Part shown: one piece after another, positions 24,714 through 37,963 of the stretch
Layout of the letters: every line of letters starts with the position of its first letter
Numbering within the stretch: position 1 is the first letter of the stretch
Assembly (NCBI RefSeq): GCF_036321535.1
Contig: NC_087436.1
Coordinates: forward strand, 87,298,001 to 87,362,000
Length of the DNA: 64,000 nt
Reading direction: 5' to 3'
Source: Camelus dromedarius
Taxonomy: Eukaryota
Program-made: the position numbers and the translations under genes
Notes under the pieces: model-generated
Told to the model about the DNA's origin: nothing
What the model saw: the letters and a program-made list of their open reading frames with translations, nothing else
The model's database searches: none

Positions 24714-25129
24714 CTACTTCAGAGGAGAAAGAGTTTCTGGGGATTAGAAAGTGAGAGCTGTGTCCTTTCCCTTGACCCAGCAATCGTTTGATGAATGCAT
24801 GTGTTTGAACCTTATGAGAATCAATTCCTTTCTGGAGTCTGAGAGACTTAGGAACTTTACCTATGAGGCCATTTGTTATTTTCCTAATTGCAATCACTCA
24901 AATCACATGTCCTCTTCAAATTTATAGGCATGTAGGCACAATATTACTTGACACAAATAGTGTATCTTCTTTCCAAGCTCCCAGCGGTCCCAGTTCCTGG
25001 AGGATGGCCAGGAGGGTCTGCTGTGTGCACATCTCTCCCATCAAGTCCGCTGGTCCTGGACCTGGTTTCCTTCAAGCCGTATCAGTGAGGCATTCTTTCC
25101 TCCTACTCTGTGCTGGTAGCTGCACCAGC

Positions 25130-25770
25130 TTATCAACTAGGCTTCTTTATTTGCAAATGATGATAAATGTAATGCGAACTGGTTTAAGTAGAAACAGGAG
25201 ATTATTGCTTCACATAATTGAAAAGTCTAGAGCTCTGTCTCCAGCCCCCAGCACAGTTTGACCTGGGGCTCACATAATGTCAACGAGATCCAATCTCTCT
25301 TCCCTCTTTCCTTTTTTATCCTGTGTCTTGCCTATCTTCTCTCACCTTTTCAGCTCTATTTCCTCAATTTTAGCTCTATTTTCAGGGCCCTTATGATTCA
25401 AGATGGCTGTGACCCTAGATCTTCCAATGTCTGAGGTTCAAGTTCATTGGGAAAGAGCAGTCGTTCCTACGCTAGCATTTCCACAGAAGGTCTCATTGTG
25501 TTTCCCTGGCTCTGATTAGAATGTGTGTTGGGACCTCAGGCTAATCACTGCAGGTGGGGAGTTTGAAGGAGCTGCTTAGCTGAAGTCAAGCTTCACCCCT
25601 TATGCTTTGGGGGATGATGGGGTGGGGAGAAGTGATGGGTGGTGTACATCTGAACTACACGGTATCAGAATAAGGGAGGATGGGTTCCCCAAAGAAAGTG
25701 AAACAGGGTCTATTTGTGGAAGTAGGGTGAATGGATACTGGACAACCCCAGATCAACAAGTCCATTACCA
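25130..25770 (-). mobile_element. Old MaLR LTR (MLT1J/K-like)
   Basis: TTGCAAATGA...AACTGGTTTAAG...TTATTGCTTCACATAATTGAAAAGTC...CAAGATGGCTG; heavily diverged. Confidence 0.55.
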
Positions 25771-28700
25771 GTCCTGCCTAAGCCTGTTCGCTACATTTCT
25801 CTATACTAAGGTAACAAAAGAAGTCATTACCACCCTATTTATAGTAAAAGGAGGCCTCAATTTTCCAAACGTTTTTGCTCAAGGTTAAATGAGAAATTTT
25901 ATCCAAGTGTAAATCTAAGTGCTTTAGGGGAATGAAGTTTCAGATAAGAGGAGTGTGTCTGGGAACATGCGTGAAAACGGTCAGCCCTGAACAAGGGGTA
26001 GAAAGGAGGCCAGCTCATTGCAGCAGCTGAAATGTCAGCATTTATCCTTTGAGCGTTGTGGTCAGCACTTTACATGGGTTTCTGGGTCCAACAGAGGAAG
26101 TACAGACATGAAAAATCAGAATGTTAGATCACCAGCTCAGCAATGGCTGGAGAGGATCATCTGGTCCAGACCCGACTGGGGCCCCGGGGACGCAGCTGAC
26201 GCCACAGCTTGGACTGCTGTTTCCCATGGAGGTCGCTGCAAAGGGGCAAGGGTCACCTGCAGTCTCTAGGCATCAAGTTTTGGAACCTCAGAGCGCCCTC
26301 AATGAAGCACCATGTGCTTAAACTCAACTCAGGGCATAGTTGGGGCTCTGCAAATTTACTACATGCAAACATAAAGGATATATCTTTTCTTCTGAAAGGA
26401 CTCCCTTCTGATAGCCCCAAAGTATCTGAGCAGTACAACACAGGTAGAGTCCTCTCTTCCTGTTCCCAAGTGGCCCAGCAAAGAACTCGATCCCTTTATT
26501 CAAAATGGTTTAGATAAGGGGTCTTGTGTACCAACGAGGTATTTTTAGTTTAGATACTCTAGTGCACTTACTTGCAGCATACACTAAATACCTATTAAGT
26601 GCCGGGCACTCTGCTAGGTGTCATGATACAATGACAAAAAGACCCTGCCCTCCTCAAGGGGTTCACAGTCTAGTCGGGAAACAGACATGTACGTGAAACT
26701 TCACCAAAATATACTGTGATCAGGACTTTTAAATAGTTTTGTACAAAGTGCTGTGGAAGCACCTGAAGGACCAATGACTTTTTCCTGCAGGGCTGGGGGT
26801 GGGCATGAGGAAGGGTGATGTTTGGGAAGACTTTGTGGGCCATATTATATATATTCTAGATACAATAAAAGAGTAAGAAGAGCTAAATAGTTGAATTTGG
26901 GCATCTATTGAGTGCTGGGCAGTGGAGACAAAGGAAAATAACATACAATTCTTGGTCTTGAGAAATGTCTTAACTTCTTTTGGGCCTGAAGTCTTTTCGG
27001 TTTCCTATAAACAGTATTCACTAGGAAACCACACACTTCACATATGTTGATAAGTATCCAGCTGCTTGATCTAGAGACTAGAGAGGTGATTTGCAGGGTC
27101 TGGGAAGGGAGGGTGCGGCTCAAACACTCAAGGAGTAATTCACGGAATAGGCATTAGGCTCATCTGCGTAGCTTAGGAAGGCAGAATGGGGGCCAATGGG
27201 TGGAAATAATTACAGGAAGGCAAATACGAACCCATTTTAAGGAATACTTATTTTTCTGATATCTATTAGTTTCTAAATCTGGAACAAGCTGTCTTGTGGG
27301 GTGGTGAGTGCCTTGTTCCCACCAAGTAAAACAAACATGATAAAATGATATTCAGGCATTGTAAAGGACTGGGCCAGGTTAATTCATTCAGCAATTATCT
27401 ATCGTGTGCTCAGCATTCTGCCAGGACCGAGGCTTTTAATAATGAGTAAGCCATAGATTTTGCCCTCGAGGAAACAGACAGGTTACAGACAAGTGCCTAT
27501 AGTATGAAGTATGGCAGTAGAATTAATGTGTGGAGGGGACTATGGAAGCCTTCATAGACGAGGTTACTTCTAAGCTAAGATCCAAAGGACAAGAATACAG
27601 TCAGGGCAAGGTAGGGGCAGGGGACAGGGCCGGTGGGGAGGTGCCAGGAGATTTCTTCTAAGTCTAATAGTCCATGCACATTTACTGGCCAATATACTAA
27701 AGCAATAAATAAAACTATGCTTCAGTTTTTACCTGGAGCTGCAGATAAATAAAGTGTTTATTGGGCATCTTTTAAAAATTGTGAGTAGCCAGATCATGTA
27801 GCTTAGTAACTGGAGTGCCAATTAAAAACAGAAATTCATAGAGGGTTAAATTTGCCCTCTCCCTGACACCCAGGTCTACCACTGCTTAACAGCCAACACC
27901 ACCCACTGATTGATAAGGACTGCCTGGCCTTCATTCTGCTTTAATTAAGAACCTAGTTACGCTCAACAGGTGGGGCCACTGTAGGGACCAAAGGACAGAG
28001 TGTGGCCAGACCTGGCCATTATAGACACAAGAATCCATCAATCAAACAACAAATCAAGCATAGATGGAGCACCAGCTGGATGTGGGACACTCTGTTCATA
28101 TCACAGGCACTTAACATATGGTTCGGTGCTGACTTTCAAGGCAGGGATGGAACAGCTCAGCTATAAGAAATTCAGAGAAGGGACAGACTAAAGTACCCTC
28201 TATTAGAAAAAACTCCAGTGAGAAAGGGAGATTTAAATGTTAAAGGATGAAAAAAAAAAAAGAATGAGTTTATAAGTAAGTTTTCATAGAAAATAGAGAT
28301 TTATAAAGTTATTTTACATAAAAATTTTGGAATCTCTATCGTTGATTTTTATCATGAAAAGTGCTTATTTTTATTTGTATTAAATTCAGTATTCACTAGC
28401 CACCTAAAAAATGTCAGATGTTATTTAGCCTCTTAGATATTTGTAAGAAGATTATGACTTGACCCTGCTTTCAAGATGATTACTCTCAAGGGAGGAAAAA
28501 CAAAATTAAAATACAGAGTGACAAATAAAAATATGTAAAAGTTGCAATTACATAAAAAAAATAAAATAAGTGTTAAGGAATGAGTGGTCCAGAGAAGAAG
28601 GCCACTCCAAGTGAGAAGGTAACACGGGCAACACTCAGAGGCAAGACTGTGTAGACTGCGGGGAGAGTTCCTGTGAAAAGTTTGGGTCTGGGGATCTCAC

Positions 28701-28899
28701 TCCGCTCTGAGTCTTGGTGTACCATTTGCCTGCTGCATAACTTGAGTTATTTAACCATTCTGGTCCACGCTTTTAAAATCTAAAATGTGGAGGTAAAAAT
28801 AACAGTCCTCTCCTTTTGACTTCACCATCGTCATCATCATTGGTAAGAGCGAACATTAAGTGTTTACTCTGTGCCAGCTACTGGGGTAAAATACAACAA

Positions 28900-29062
28900 G
28901 GGGACCCTCCGTACACTGGGAGGAAGGTTCTCTCCGTACATTGAATCTTCTGCTACCTTGATCTTGAACTTCCCAGCCTCCAGAACTGAGAGAAATAAAT
29001 GTCTGTTGTTTAAGCTCCCCTGTCTGTGATGTTTTGTTATAGTAGCTCACATCAGCTAAGAC
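28900..29062 (+). mobile_element. MLT1A/B 3' portion
   Basis: CTTGATCTTGAACTTCCCAGCCTCCAGAACTGAGAGAAATAAATGTCTGTTGTTTAAGC...CTAAGACA. Confidence 0.85.
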
Positions 29063-29743
29063 ATTCAGAGAAGCCTCTGATGACCAGCCAGTGAGGAACT
29101 GAGGACTTCAACTCAACCCTTCCTTGGATTTCTTTGGGATTCCTAGTAGCAAGAAATATTCTCTGCTCTAGCTGTTACAGGCAAAAGATCTATTAGGGGA
29201 TTCTGACTCAAACAGAATCTCCAGAAGGGGCAGTGAAGCAGATATGAAGCTTGTAGTGAGGAAATACACACACTGACGCTGTCAGATTGGCCCAGGGGAG
29301 AGCGGCTGTTGGGCCTCTGGCAGGGGCCCTGCGGTTCTCACCATGGTACCAGGCATCACTGTTATCATGAGGAACTCTGTGTCCACGGCCTCTGACAGGC
29401 CAGTGTCATGTGGCCCCCTGCCAGAATCAGTTCCACCCTATGCTCTTCTAAATCATACGTTCATCTGGGTGCATCTGAATGGTGAACTGGCTTTATTCCT
29501 GTGCTTTGGCAGCAAGAGAGACTGAGCATCAGGCAGCTGGCTTTGGCCCAGGGGAGGTGGAGCTAAAGGTAGGGAATCCTTCACGCGGAGGACAGTATTC
29601 AAAGGGTATTTGGTGGTTAAAAAGCATAATGAACGTTCACTCCAATACCCAGGATTAGAATTTCTGGTTTGAAGGCATGTGTCTCTTCTGCCCTACTAGA
29701 TATTGCTGAATTGCCCTCCAAGTGGTTGTACTTTCATTGGCAG

Positions 29744-30135
29744 TGTATTAGTTATCTATTGCTGTGTAACAAATTACCTTCAAACGTAGCAGCTTAAGAC
29801 AGCAAATACCCAGTATTTCAGTTTCTTTGGGTCAGGAATTTGGGTGTCAGTTAGCTGAAGGTCTGCTGAGGGCTTGGCTACAAGAGGATCTGCTTCTAAG
29901 CTCACTCAGGTCATGGTTGGCAGGCAACAGAATATTTATTTCCAAGCTAAGTCCCATGGCTATTGTCCCCTGGCTTTTATGTTTAGTCTAGCCTTCTAGG
30001 GTAATCACACTCTCAGGTGTCATTCTCTGGATGGTGGCTGGGGATATCAGGTCCTTGCCTCGTGGGATTCTCCATAGGGCTACTGACAATATGGCAGCTT
30101 GCTTCCCCTCAGCATGACAGGACAGAGAGAGAATG
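29744..30135 (-). mobile_element. MLT1F/G/H-like MaLR LTR
   Basis: TGTATTAGTTATCTATTGCTGTGTAACAAATTACC...GGGTCAGGAATTTGGG...ATGGCAGCTTGCTTCCCC. Confidence 0.75.
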
Positions 30136-30139
30136 GAGA

Positions 30140-30495
30140 TGCTGTAAACAATTGGTTCATACAACAGTCATTAGTGGAGACTGACAAGTTCAAAATCTGC
30201 AGGGTGGGCTGGCAGGCTGAAGACTCAGGAAAGAGTTGCAACTCGAGTCCAAAGTGGGTCTGATGGCAGAATTCCCTCTTCTACAAGGGAGATCAGTCTT
30301 TGTTCTATTGAGGCTTTCACCTGATTGGATGAGGCCCACCCACCTTATGGAGGGTCATCCACTTTACTCGATGTCTACTGATTTAAATGTTAATCTAATC
30401 TAAAACTACCTCCACAGAAACCTCTGGAACAATGTTTGACCAAATATTTGAGTATTGTGGCTTAGCCAAGCTGATACATAAAATTAACCATTACA
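30140..30495 (-). mobile_element. MLT2 (ERVL) LTR
   Basis: CAAGTTCAAAATCTGCAGGG...CTGATTGGATGAGGCCCACCCAC...CTACTGATTTAAATGTTAATC...CATAAAATTAACCATTACA. Confidence 0.85.
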
Positions 30496-32411
30496 GTATG
30501 GACATGTGAGAGAAGGCAGGAGGGTTAGATTGTGGGGAGGAGGAGGTGCAGTTGTACATCATTCCTCTCCCCTGTCTTCCTTATTCCTCAGCCAAACAGG
30601 TCACTCTCTCACCTATGCCACAGCCCTGCCGGGAATGGGCAGCTCCTTCAAGGGGGGTGACTTGAATATAGGGGATGGCTGGGGAGTTCACAGGAGGGGC
30701 AGAGTGGCAAGTTTGGCCCCAGTGGCCTCTGCAGCACACCAAGAACCCTGTGCAGCTGGGTAAATGCTTACTTGCCTGTCTTAGTCGGTTCCCATGTCGC
30801 AGCACTAGAATCATCCAGGGCTACACCTGGCTGGGGCACCTAGGTGACAAGAGAATCCTGAAGGGGGATTTAACTTCCTCCAACTCCACCTCCACCCTCA
30901 ACAGATAGCTGCACCCGCTCCCTTCTAGTCCACAGCACTCACGCATTTCCTTTTTCAACCCTGTAGATTCTTTAACTCTCCTGGTTGAACACTTATATGG
31001 GAGAAAAGCAAAACCTAGCAGTTAGATTCATTTTTCTGCCAAAAAAGTTACTTTTCCTAGAAGAATGATCCAGCTTACTTTTATATTTAGTCTAGCCTTC
31101 CAGGGTGATCACACTCTCAATATGCTCTTTGAACATCAGCACTCAGAGGCCTTTGGGTGATCATGTATATTTCTTATCCCTGGAAAAATGCTTAGAGACC
31201 CTTTCAGCTAGAGCCATTGTGTACGCAGCTTAATTATTATTTTAGAACATCTTAGAGCCATGTCTTGTTGCAACACTTCCTATCTATCAAGCCCAGGACT
31301 GAACTGCAGAAGAGAAAATGCGGTTTGACAGTTCAGTGAAAAATGGGTTGCGTTTCGTCCTCCTGCGCTGGGGAGAGGAGAGCTGTTTGTGCGGGAGGGG
31401 GCGGACAGCCAGCCTCTCTGGTGCTGACACTCTTTGTGTTACCAAGTTCCTTTGTTCCTTTTGCAAGCTCAGGAAAGTTCTTTGAAGCTAAATAAATTTG
31501 CTTCTGCCTCTTTCTCTCTCTCTTTATTTCTCTGGTTATATAAAACATTTAAATTGAAAGGAATTCTGGAGAAGGCAATTTTTATGTTTCTGTAGATCCT
31601 ATGATAATGAGGTAGGTTCTTCAAATTTGGCTTCCAATTTCTGTTTTAAAATGAAGGTGGATTTTTTGGACAAGCCAAGTCTGCCTGTTTCTGACTTAGT
31701 CCCATCCAATCCATCTCCCATACTGCACCAGAGTTTTCTACTATGTCCTATTATTCTTATTGAATTAAATAATATGATGATGAGGAGGAGGAGGATGACA
31801 GGGTGTGTGTGTGTAAGGGTGACTGTTGTGAAGATGTGACATGGAAATTACCATATCCTCCTTCCCCTCCTTTCCCTCTCCTCCACTCCCTGTTGTGTCC
31901 TGCACAAATCAGTGTGCTCTCTGCATCCTTTCCATGCCTTTCCATGGCTCTGCACTGCATTACCTGATGCTGCCTGCCTTAGCAACCTCTAATTCTCTCA
32001 TTAAGTAAACAATAGGTCCTTAGGGTTTAAGCCAGTTTTTTTCTGGAGGGGGAGATTTGCAGCCAAAAGCAATCCTAACTGACACGTGACCTGAGTACCA
32101 GGCACAGAGCACTCACTATGTATTTGTTAGATGAATGAAGGACAATGAATGAATGAATGAAACTCCTAGCTCTACCACACCGTCCCACACTCCAGCTGTC
32201 CCTGACTGCTAACACTTTCCAGGCTGGGCCTTGCTTTCTGGCTTCAGCGTTTTGCACACTCTCTTCTGTGTCTGGAAGAACAGCCCTCCACTGTTCATCC
32301 AGAGAATTCCTTGTGCATCCTTCTTCAGGACTGAGCTCAAATAGAGCAGCACTGGACAATCTTATTTGACTTCCCTAAACAGAGTGAAAGATTTCACGCT
32401 CCCGGAGTGGC

Positions 32412-33007
32412 TGTTCTGGTTACTGTACCTGTGCAACCATCTACTCCAAAACTAAGTAGTGCGAATGACCATTTATTATCTTCTTGGGGTCTAGTGGGTC
32501 TGGAATTTGAAAACGGCACAGCAGGGACAGCTAGTCCCTGTCTCAGCTGGAAGGCTTGAAAACAAGACTGGGATCATCTGATGCCTTGTTTATTGGCTTG
32601 GCTGGTGGTTGATGGGAAGGGCCAGACCTCAGGGGAGGGTGGGTGGAGCGAGGGGGCTCCTTGGGCAACTGTCTCAATATTCATGTTGTTTTCCCACATT
32701 GTCTCATCAGTATTGCGACTTCAAGGTGGCTGGGCTTTTTACTAGATGGTTCAGGGCTCCAAAGATGGGGCGGGGGGGGAGGGAGGGAGAGGGAGCAAGG
32801 AGGAAGCTGTGTTCTGCGTACCATCTAGCCTTGGAAGTCACAGAGCATCACTTCTGTCGTACAGAATCTGTCAGAGCAGACAGGAGGCCACCGAGGTTGG
32901 AGGGAGGGAGGGGGGCAATAGGCTGTGCCTCTTAATGGGGATTCTGGAAAGGCATGTGGAACTGAAAATACTGCCATGGCCATTTTTAGAAAATCCAGTC
33001 TGTTACA
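32412..33007 (-). mobile_element. MLT1G/H-like MaLR LTR
   Basis: GTGGGTCTGGAATTTG...GGCACAGCAGGGACAGCT...CTAGCCTTGGAAGTCACAGAGCATCACTTCTG. Confidence 0.7.
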
Positions 33008-33272
33008 GTGCCTTATACACACCTCAATTATAATATTTACTGTCTTGATACAGTTAGTTTCTTTCATGTCTATTCTTCTGACTGAAATGTGAGCATCTGG
33101 AGGCTCTGCAGTCACTTTAGTGTCTCCAGCACCTTTATGAATATTTGTTCAATAAATGGCTTAAACTAACGTCATGCTGTGAGTCTGCTTCTCTTGAGGG
33201 GGATGCGAGAATAGCAGGTCAGGCTGGTGGAATTATTAACCTCGTTTGCTTTTCCACCTGTCAAGCTCTACA

Positions 33273-33470
33273 GCAGTGCTGCCCAATAGAACTTTCTGGA
33301 GTACAGAAACCATCAGTATCTGTGCTATGTTATGTCACGTGTGACTATCGAGCCCGTGAAATGTGGCTAGGGTGACTGAGAAACTGAATTTAATTTTTTT
33401 TTAATTTCCATTCATTGTAGTTTAATTCTAGATAGCACACAGGGCTGGCGGCTACCTTACTGGACTGAGT
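33273..33470. mobile_element. MER3-like hAT-Charlie MITE
   Basis: CAGTGCTGCCCAATAGAACTTTCTG...TGAAATGTGGCTAGGGTGACTGAGAAACTGAATTT...GGCTACCTTACTGGAC. Confidence 0.8.
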
Positions 33471-35025
33471 TCTAGAGGCAATTCTGGCACAAGTTTGCAG
33501 GACCAAATACTATTGATCTTTAATTTATCAGGGGGAAAAAAAAGCTACAGGGGTGTTTGGCATCCCTCTCTGCTACCCCCCTCCCACCCAGACACCCCTT
33601 GAGACAGCCCTTAGTTGCTGTTTCCAGAGACTTTCCTTTTCAACTCACATCCTCTCTTTCTTCCCTCTGGTCCTCTGCCCAGTTGGTCTCAACATGTCAT
33701 GGCTTTTGTTCCTCTTTTGTTTTCCAACTGTAAAAACGCTTCCTCACATCTAATCTGTATCACACACACCAATGTAATTGTCTCTGTTGAAAGGCCATTG
33801 ATGTTGCATAAGCCAGTTACTATGTTCATGCACTTTCATTAAAACCCGCCTTGAAACATTCCAGTTGTTGCCTGTGCTCACTCAGAATCTTTAATCTCTG
33901 GCTCCTTGTTTAATTCCAGCTGTCATTCTCTGTAGGCTTCCTTTTGGCATGTCCCGTGTTTTATGAAACTGTCCCTGGAATGTTGTCGTCTTTAATATGG
34001 CTTTTTGGAGAGTCATGTGCATTATCTTTTTCATAGTTTGGAGAGGGGCGGGTGGTAATCTTAACTTTACTGTCAAAATGTGTAGCTTTGTAATCCTATT
34101 CTGAACAATTTGAGAGTGAAAACCAACAGCTTTTGTTCCCTAAGCCCAGAAGTACTGGCACACAGAGCTCAGGAAGAAGTTGGTAGGTAACACATGTTAT
34201 GAACAATGCCTGGCTCAGAACAGAGAAGTGAATTCTGTCTACTTCCACTCAATGCACGTGTTCTCCAGGTGAGCCGGAGGTGGGGTGCGGGAATCTGCTG
34301 CCCCTTACTGAGATCTTGACCTTGATTATCCCTTCACAATGAATGCTCTCAATGTCAAGGATTTTCATCCACCTCAACTCCCAGGTGTAAGCCAACAATT
34401 TCACCAGATGTTCAACTGAGATTTAGTGATGTGTTTCAAGGCCAGAGGAGAAACTGGCCTGATTGAATTTAGTGAAATGTGCCTTTATACAGTATTATGG
34501 TTTCTCTGTGCTTTCTCAAGGTATGTAAATGCAAAGCCTGCAGAATACACGTCTGTCCATTGAACTGAACTTGCACGTGTGTGTTAGGTAACGGGGGTGG
34601 GGGAATGTTGCGGAGATTTGCAGAACTTGGGTAGAAAAGCCAAGTTTCCCTCACTTCACAGTTTTGCCTGGGGCTGGCCTGGTAGGAGAATTTTAATAAT
34701 GAACATTCTTCATGGCTCTAAAATTATTTAATTTCATGGTGATTTTACAACTCCTGTTTTAAGACTTGAGAAACGATGAAAGCAGATCGCTTGTCTGAGC
34801 AACTCCAGAGTGAAAACAGCAAAGCGAATAAAAAGTTTTGTGCTGCCAGAAGTCTGAGCTCTCGTGCTAAACATCAGATCCAAATGACTGAGTCTAGAGG
34901 ACTCAGGGTTGATTAAATAATTCATCCACTTATTTGAAAACTGCATTTGAACACTGTGTGTGAGACCCGGAGGTGGCCACCAAAGAGCCTTGCCTGCCAT
35001 TATTCTTGTTCTTGGGCAGTAGAGC

Positions 35026-35658
35026 TGCCGGTGACTAGGTTCTCATCTTGTCGCAGAAGAAGTGCAGAGATGGGACTTGGAGGTTAAGAAAGGAAAATGG
35101 GGATTTATTAATGGATGGATAGTGCACTCTCAAGGGGAGAACAGGCAGGCTCAGGTGAGCAGCCGCCCTGAGTTTCTTTGGCAAGTTGGTTACATAGAGA
35201 GTAAAAATGAATGAATGGAATATTCATTGGGGAAGGAAGGTTTGAGGTCATATTCCCTGATTTTCATCCCAACTCCACCTTCCTAAAGGGAGGAGGGATT
35301 TTTGTTCTTATTTAGTCTGGATCTGAAGTCTCACGACGTCGGTGCATGCTGGGTACTTATAATCTGCAAGGCTAAGTTTATTGCGATGAGGGCATAATGA
35401 GCAAAAGGTTACATTCAAACAATGGAGACCCCTGCCTCTTCCCACCTTTCTTTGTTGGCCTCCAGGCAACTCATCACCCCAAAAGGTGTGACCATTTATC
35501 AGCCCAGAGGTTCCTGCTTTTCTGTCTCTGCCCAGGTGCTTATATGATGTGTGGTTTCCTGCACTGGGCCTGTGCCCCTCTCCTTTTTCGCCCAATTCCT
35601 GCCATTTGGCCTGCATCCCCCTTTCTCTGCTCATATCTAGCTACCTGCCTGCTGTAAG
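35026..35658 (-). mobile_element. Lineage-specific ERV solo LTR (~630 bp)
   Basis: Begins TG, has minus-strand AATAAA near 35104 and an LTR-like end CTAGCTACCTGCCTGCTGTAA; it interrupts an MLT1 element. Confidence 0.6.
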
Positions 35659-35659
35659 A

Positions 35660-36050
35660 GTAGTTCTCTTCTGTAAATGCTGGGCGACGAACAGGACTTT
35701 GTGGAAATGACAGGGTGTGACTTCTGAGGCTAGGACATAAAACACATGATTGTTTTCATCTTGCTTTCTTGGGACACTTGCTGTGGAGGAAGCCATCAGG
35801 TCCAGAGCAGCCCCCAAGGAAAGGCCTCAGTGGCGAGAAACTGAGGCCTCCTGCCAAAAGCCAGCACCAACTTGGCAGCCGTGGGAGGGAGCTATTTCGG
35901 AAGCAAATCTTCCTGGCCCACTCAAGCCTTCCGAGGACTGTAGCCTTCCGAGGCATCTTGACTGCAACCTCCTAGAAAGACTCTAATCCAGAACCATCCA
36001 GCTAAGCTGCTCACAAATTCCTGATTCACAGAAACAATGAGATAATAAAA
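35660..36050 (+). mobile_element. MLT1F-like MaLR LTR
   Basis: TGTGACTTCTGAGGCTAGG...GAAACTGAGGCCTCCTGCCAA...CAGCACCAACTTG...CATCTTGACTGCAACCTC...CCAGCTAAGCTGCTC...GAGATAATAAA. Confidence 0.85.
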
Positions 36051-36051
36051 T

Positions 36052-37166
36052 TTGCTAGAATAGCTCACATACTAAGGAAACACTTTACTTAGGATTACCA
36101 GTTTATTATAAGGATGCAACACAGGAACAGCCAGATGGAAGAGGTGAGCAGGGCGAAGTGTGGAAGAAGGAGCCTGGAGCTTCCAGTGACCCCTCTGGGT
36201 GCACCGCCCTCTCAGCACTCCAGTGTGTTCACCAAGCCAGGAGCTTTCTTTTAAAATCATTTTTAAAATTTTTTAATTGAAGTATAGTTGGTTTACAATG
36301 TTGTGTTACTTTCTGGTGTACAACAAAGTGATTCTGTTATACATATATATACATATTATTTTTCAGATTCTTTATCATTATATGTTATTACAAGAAATTG
36401 AATATAGTTCCCTGTGCTATATAGTAGGTCCTTGTTGTTTATCTGTTTTATATATAATATGTGTATCTGTTAATCCCAAATTCCTAATTTATCCCTCCCT
36501 ACTCTCTTCCCCCTTTGGTAACCACAAATTTGCTTTCTATGTCTGTGAGTCTGTTTTGTAAATAAGTTTATTTGTGTCATTTTTTTAGAATCCACACATA
36601 ATTGATATCATATGATATCTTTCTTTCTCTGTCTGACTTCTTAACTTCACTTAGCATGATAATCTCTAGGTCCATCCATGTTGCTGCAAATGGCATTGTT
36701 TCATTCTTTTTTATGGCTGAGTAGTATTCCATTGTATAATAATACCACAGCTTCTTTATCCAGTCATCTCTTGATGGACATTTAGGTTCCAAGCCAGAAG
36801 CTCTCTGAACCTTGTTGTCTAGGGTTTTTTAAAACAGAAGTTCCATTACATAGGCATGCTTAATCCTATCACTGGCCATCAGTGAACTCAACCTCCAGCC
36901 CCTCTCCCATTCCCAGAGGCCTAGGTGGGGCTGAGAAGTGATTAGGGGCGTGGGGATGGGGTGTCTGAAATTTCCAACCCTCTAAACATGCCTTGGTCTT
37001 TCTGCTGACCAGCCCCCATCTGGAAGCCTCTAGAGGTCTTCAGCCACCAGTCATCTCATTAGCATAGAAAAGACACTCTTGTCATTCTGGAAATTCCAAG
37101 GGTTTTAGGAGCTGTGTACCAGGAACTGGGGATAAAAACCGAATATATATTTTCCATTGTATCACA
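36052..37166 (-). mobile_element. MER21-like LTR interrupted by an L1 insertion
   Basis: CCAGTTTATTATAAGGAT...ACAGCCAGATGGAAGAG...CAGCCACCAGTCATCTCATTAGCATA...TTCCAAGGGTTTTAGGAGCTGTGT...ATCACA. Confidence 0.85.
36250..36788 (-). mobile_element. 5'-truncated L1 (ORF2 C-terminus plus 3' UTR) with 18-bp TSD
   Basis: ORF 36577-36792 encodes PKCPSRDDWIKKLWYYYTMEYYSAIKKNETMPFAATWMDLEIIMLSEV, the L1 ORF2p C-terminus. TSD CCAAGCCAGGAGCTTTCT (36232-36249) / CCAAGCCAGAAGCTCTCT (36789-36806). Confidence 0.95.
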
Positions 37167-37816
37167 ATATTTTAAAGTCAAATTAAACTCGGAGGTAATA
37201 TTTTGCTCAGTTGTTGATAACAAATCCAGATACTGGGGATGCCACCACAATAAAATTCTGAAACTACTGGTATAAATTTGAGATGGGAGAGCAGACAGAA
37301 GGACTTTGAGAAGAGTGTGCATGCAAGCTGGGAGAATGTTGGAGACACCAGAAGTCAAGCTCTGCTGACCCTGGATTGTAACTTTACATTTTAAGAGAAA
37401 GTTTTCCACTCAACCCCAGATGGCTGTTCCTTTCTCAATGACCCTTTTGTCTGTAAGGGAAAAGTTTTCTTCGGTAATTTCCAAAATGAATGACTCCTAA
37501 GCACCAGGAATGGTGTGAAGCCAAAAGTCACCTTCATTTTGTTTTGTTTATTCGTGTATCTGACAAACAACGACTGAGCATCTACCACATGCCAGGAACT
37601 ATTTTAGGGGGTGGAGAAGCAGCCATGAACCAGAAGAGTAAAAGCCCTGCTCTGATGAAACATACATTCCAGTGGGAGGAGATGGAGAGTCAATAAACTA
37701 ACGGGGAAGATAACTTCAGGGGGTGAAGTAAGTGCTCTGAAGTCTCTGATAAGTGTCACCCTGATAAATGGTGACCCATTCATCTCACACTGTTACAACT
37801 TCTAGATTTCAAGACT

Positions 37817-37963
37817 TCTTTTTTTATTTTATATTTTATTGAAGTGTAGTTGATTTACAGTGTTAGTTTCAGGTGTACAGCAAAGCAATTCATACATACA
37901 TATATATATTTTCTTTTCAGATTCTTTTCCATCATATGCTATTACAAGAAATTGAATATAGTT
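37817..37963 (-). mobile_element. Truncated L1 3' tail
   Basis: T-run plus ATTGAAGTGTAGTTGATTTACA...ATTACAAGAAATTGAATATAGTT; flanked by AAGACT (37811-37816, 37967-37972). Confidence 0.85.

Noticed and set aside
36577..36792. 71-aa ORF as a host CDS
   Set aside because: It is the C-terminal remnant of L1 ORF2p in a 5'-truncated insertion.
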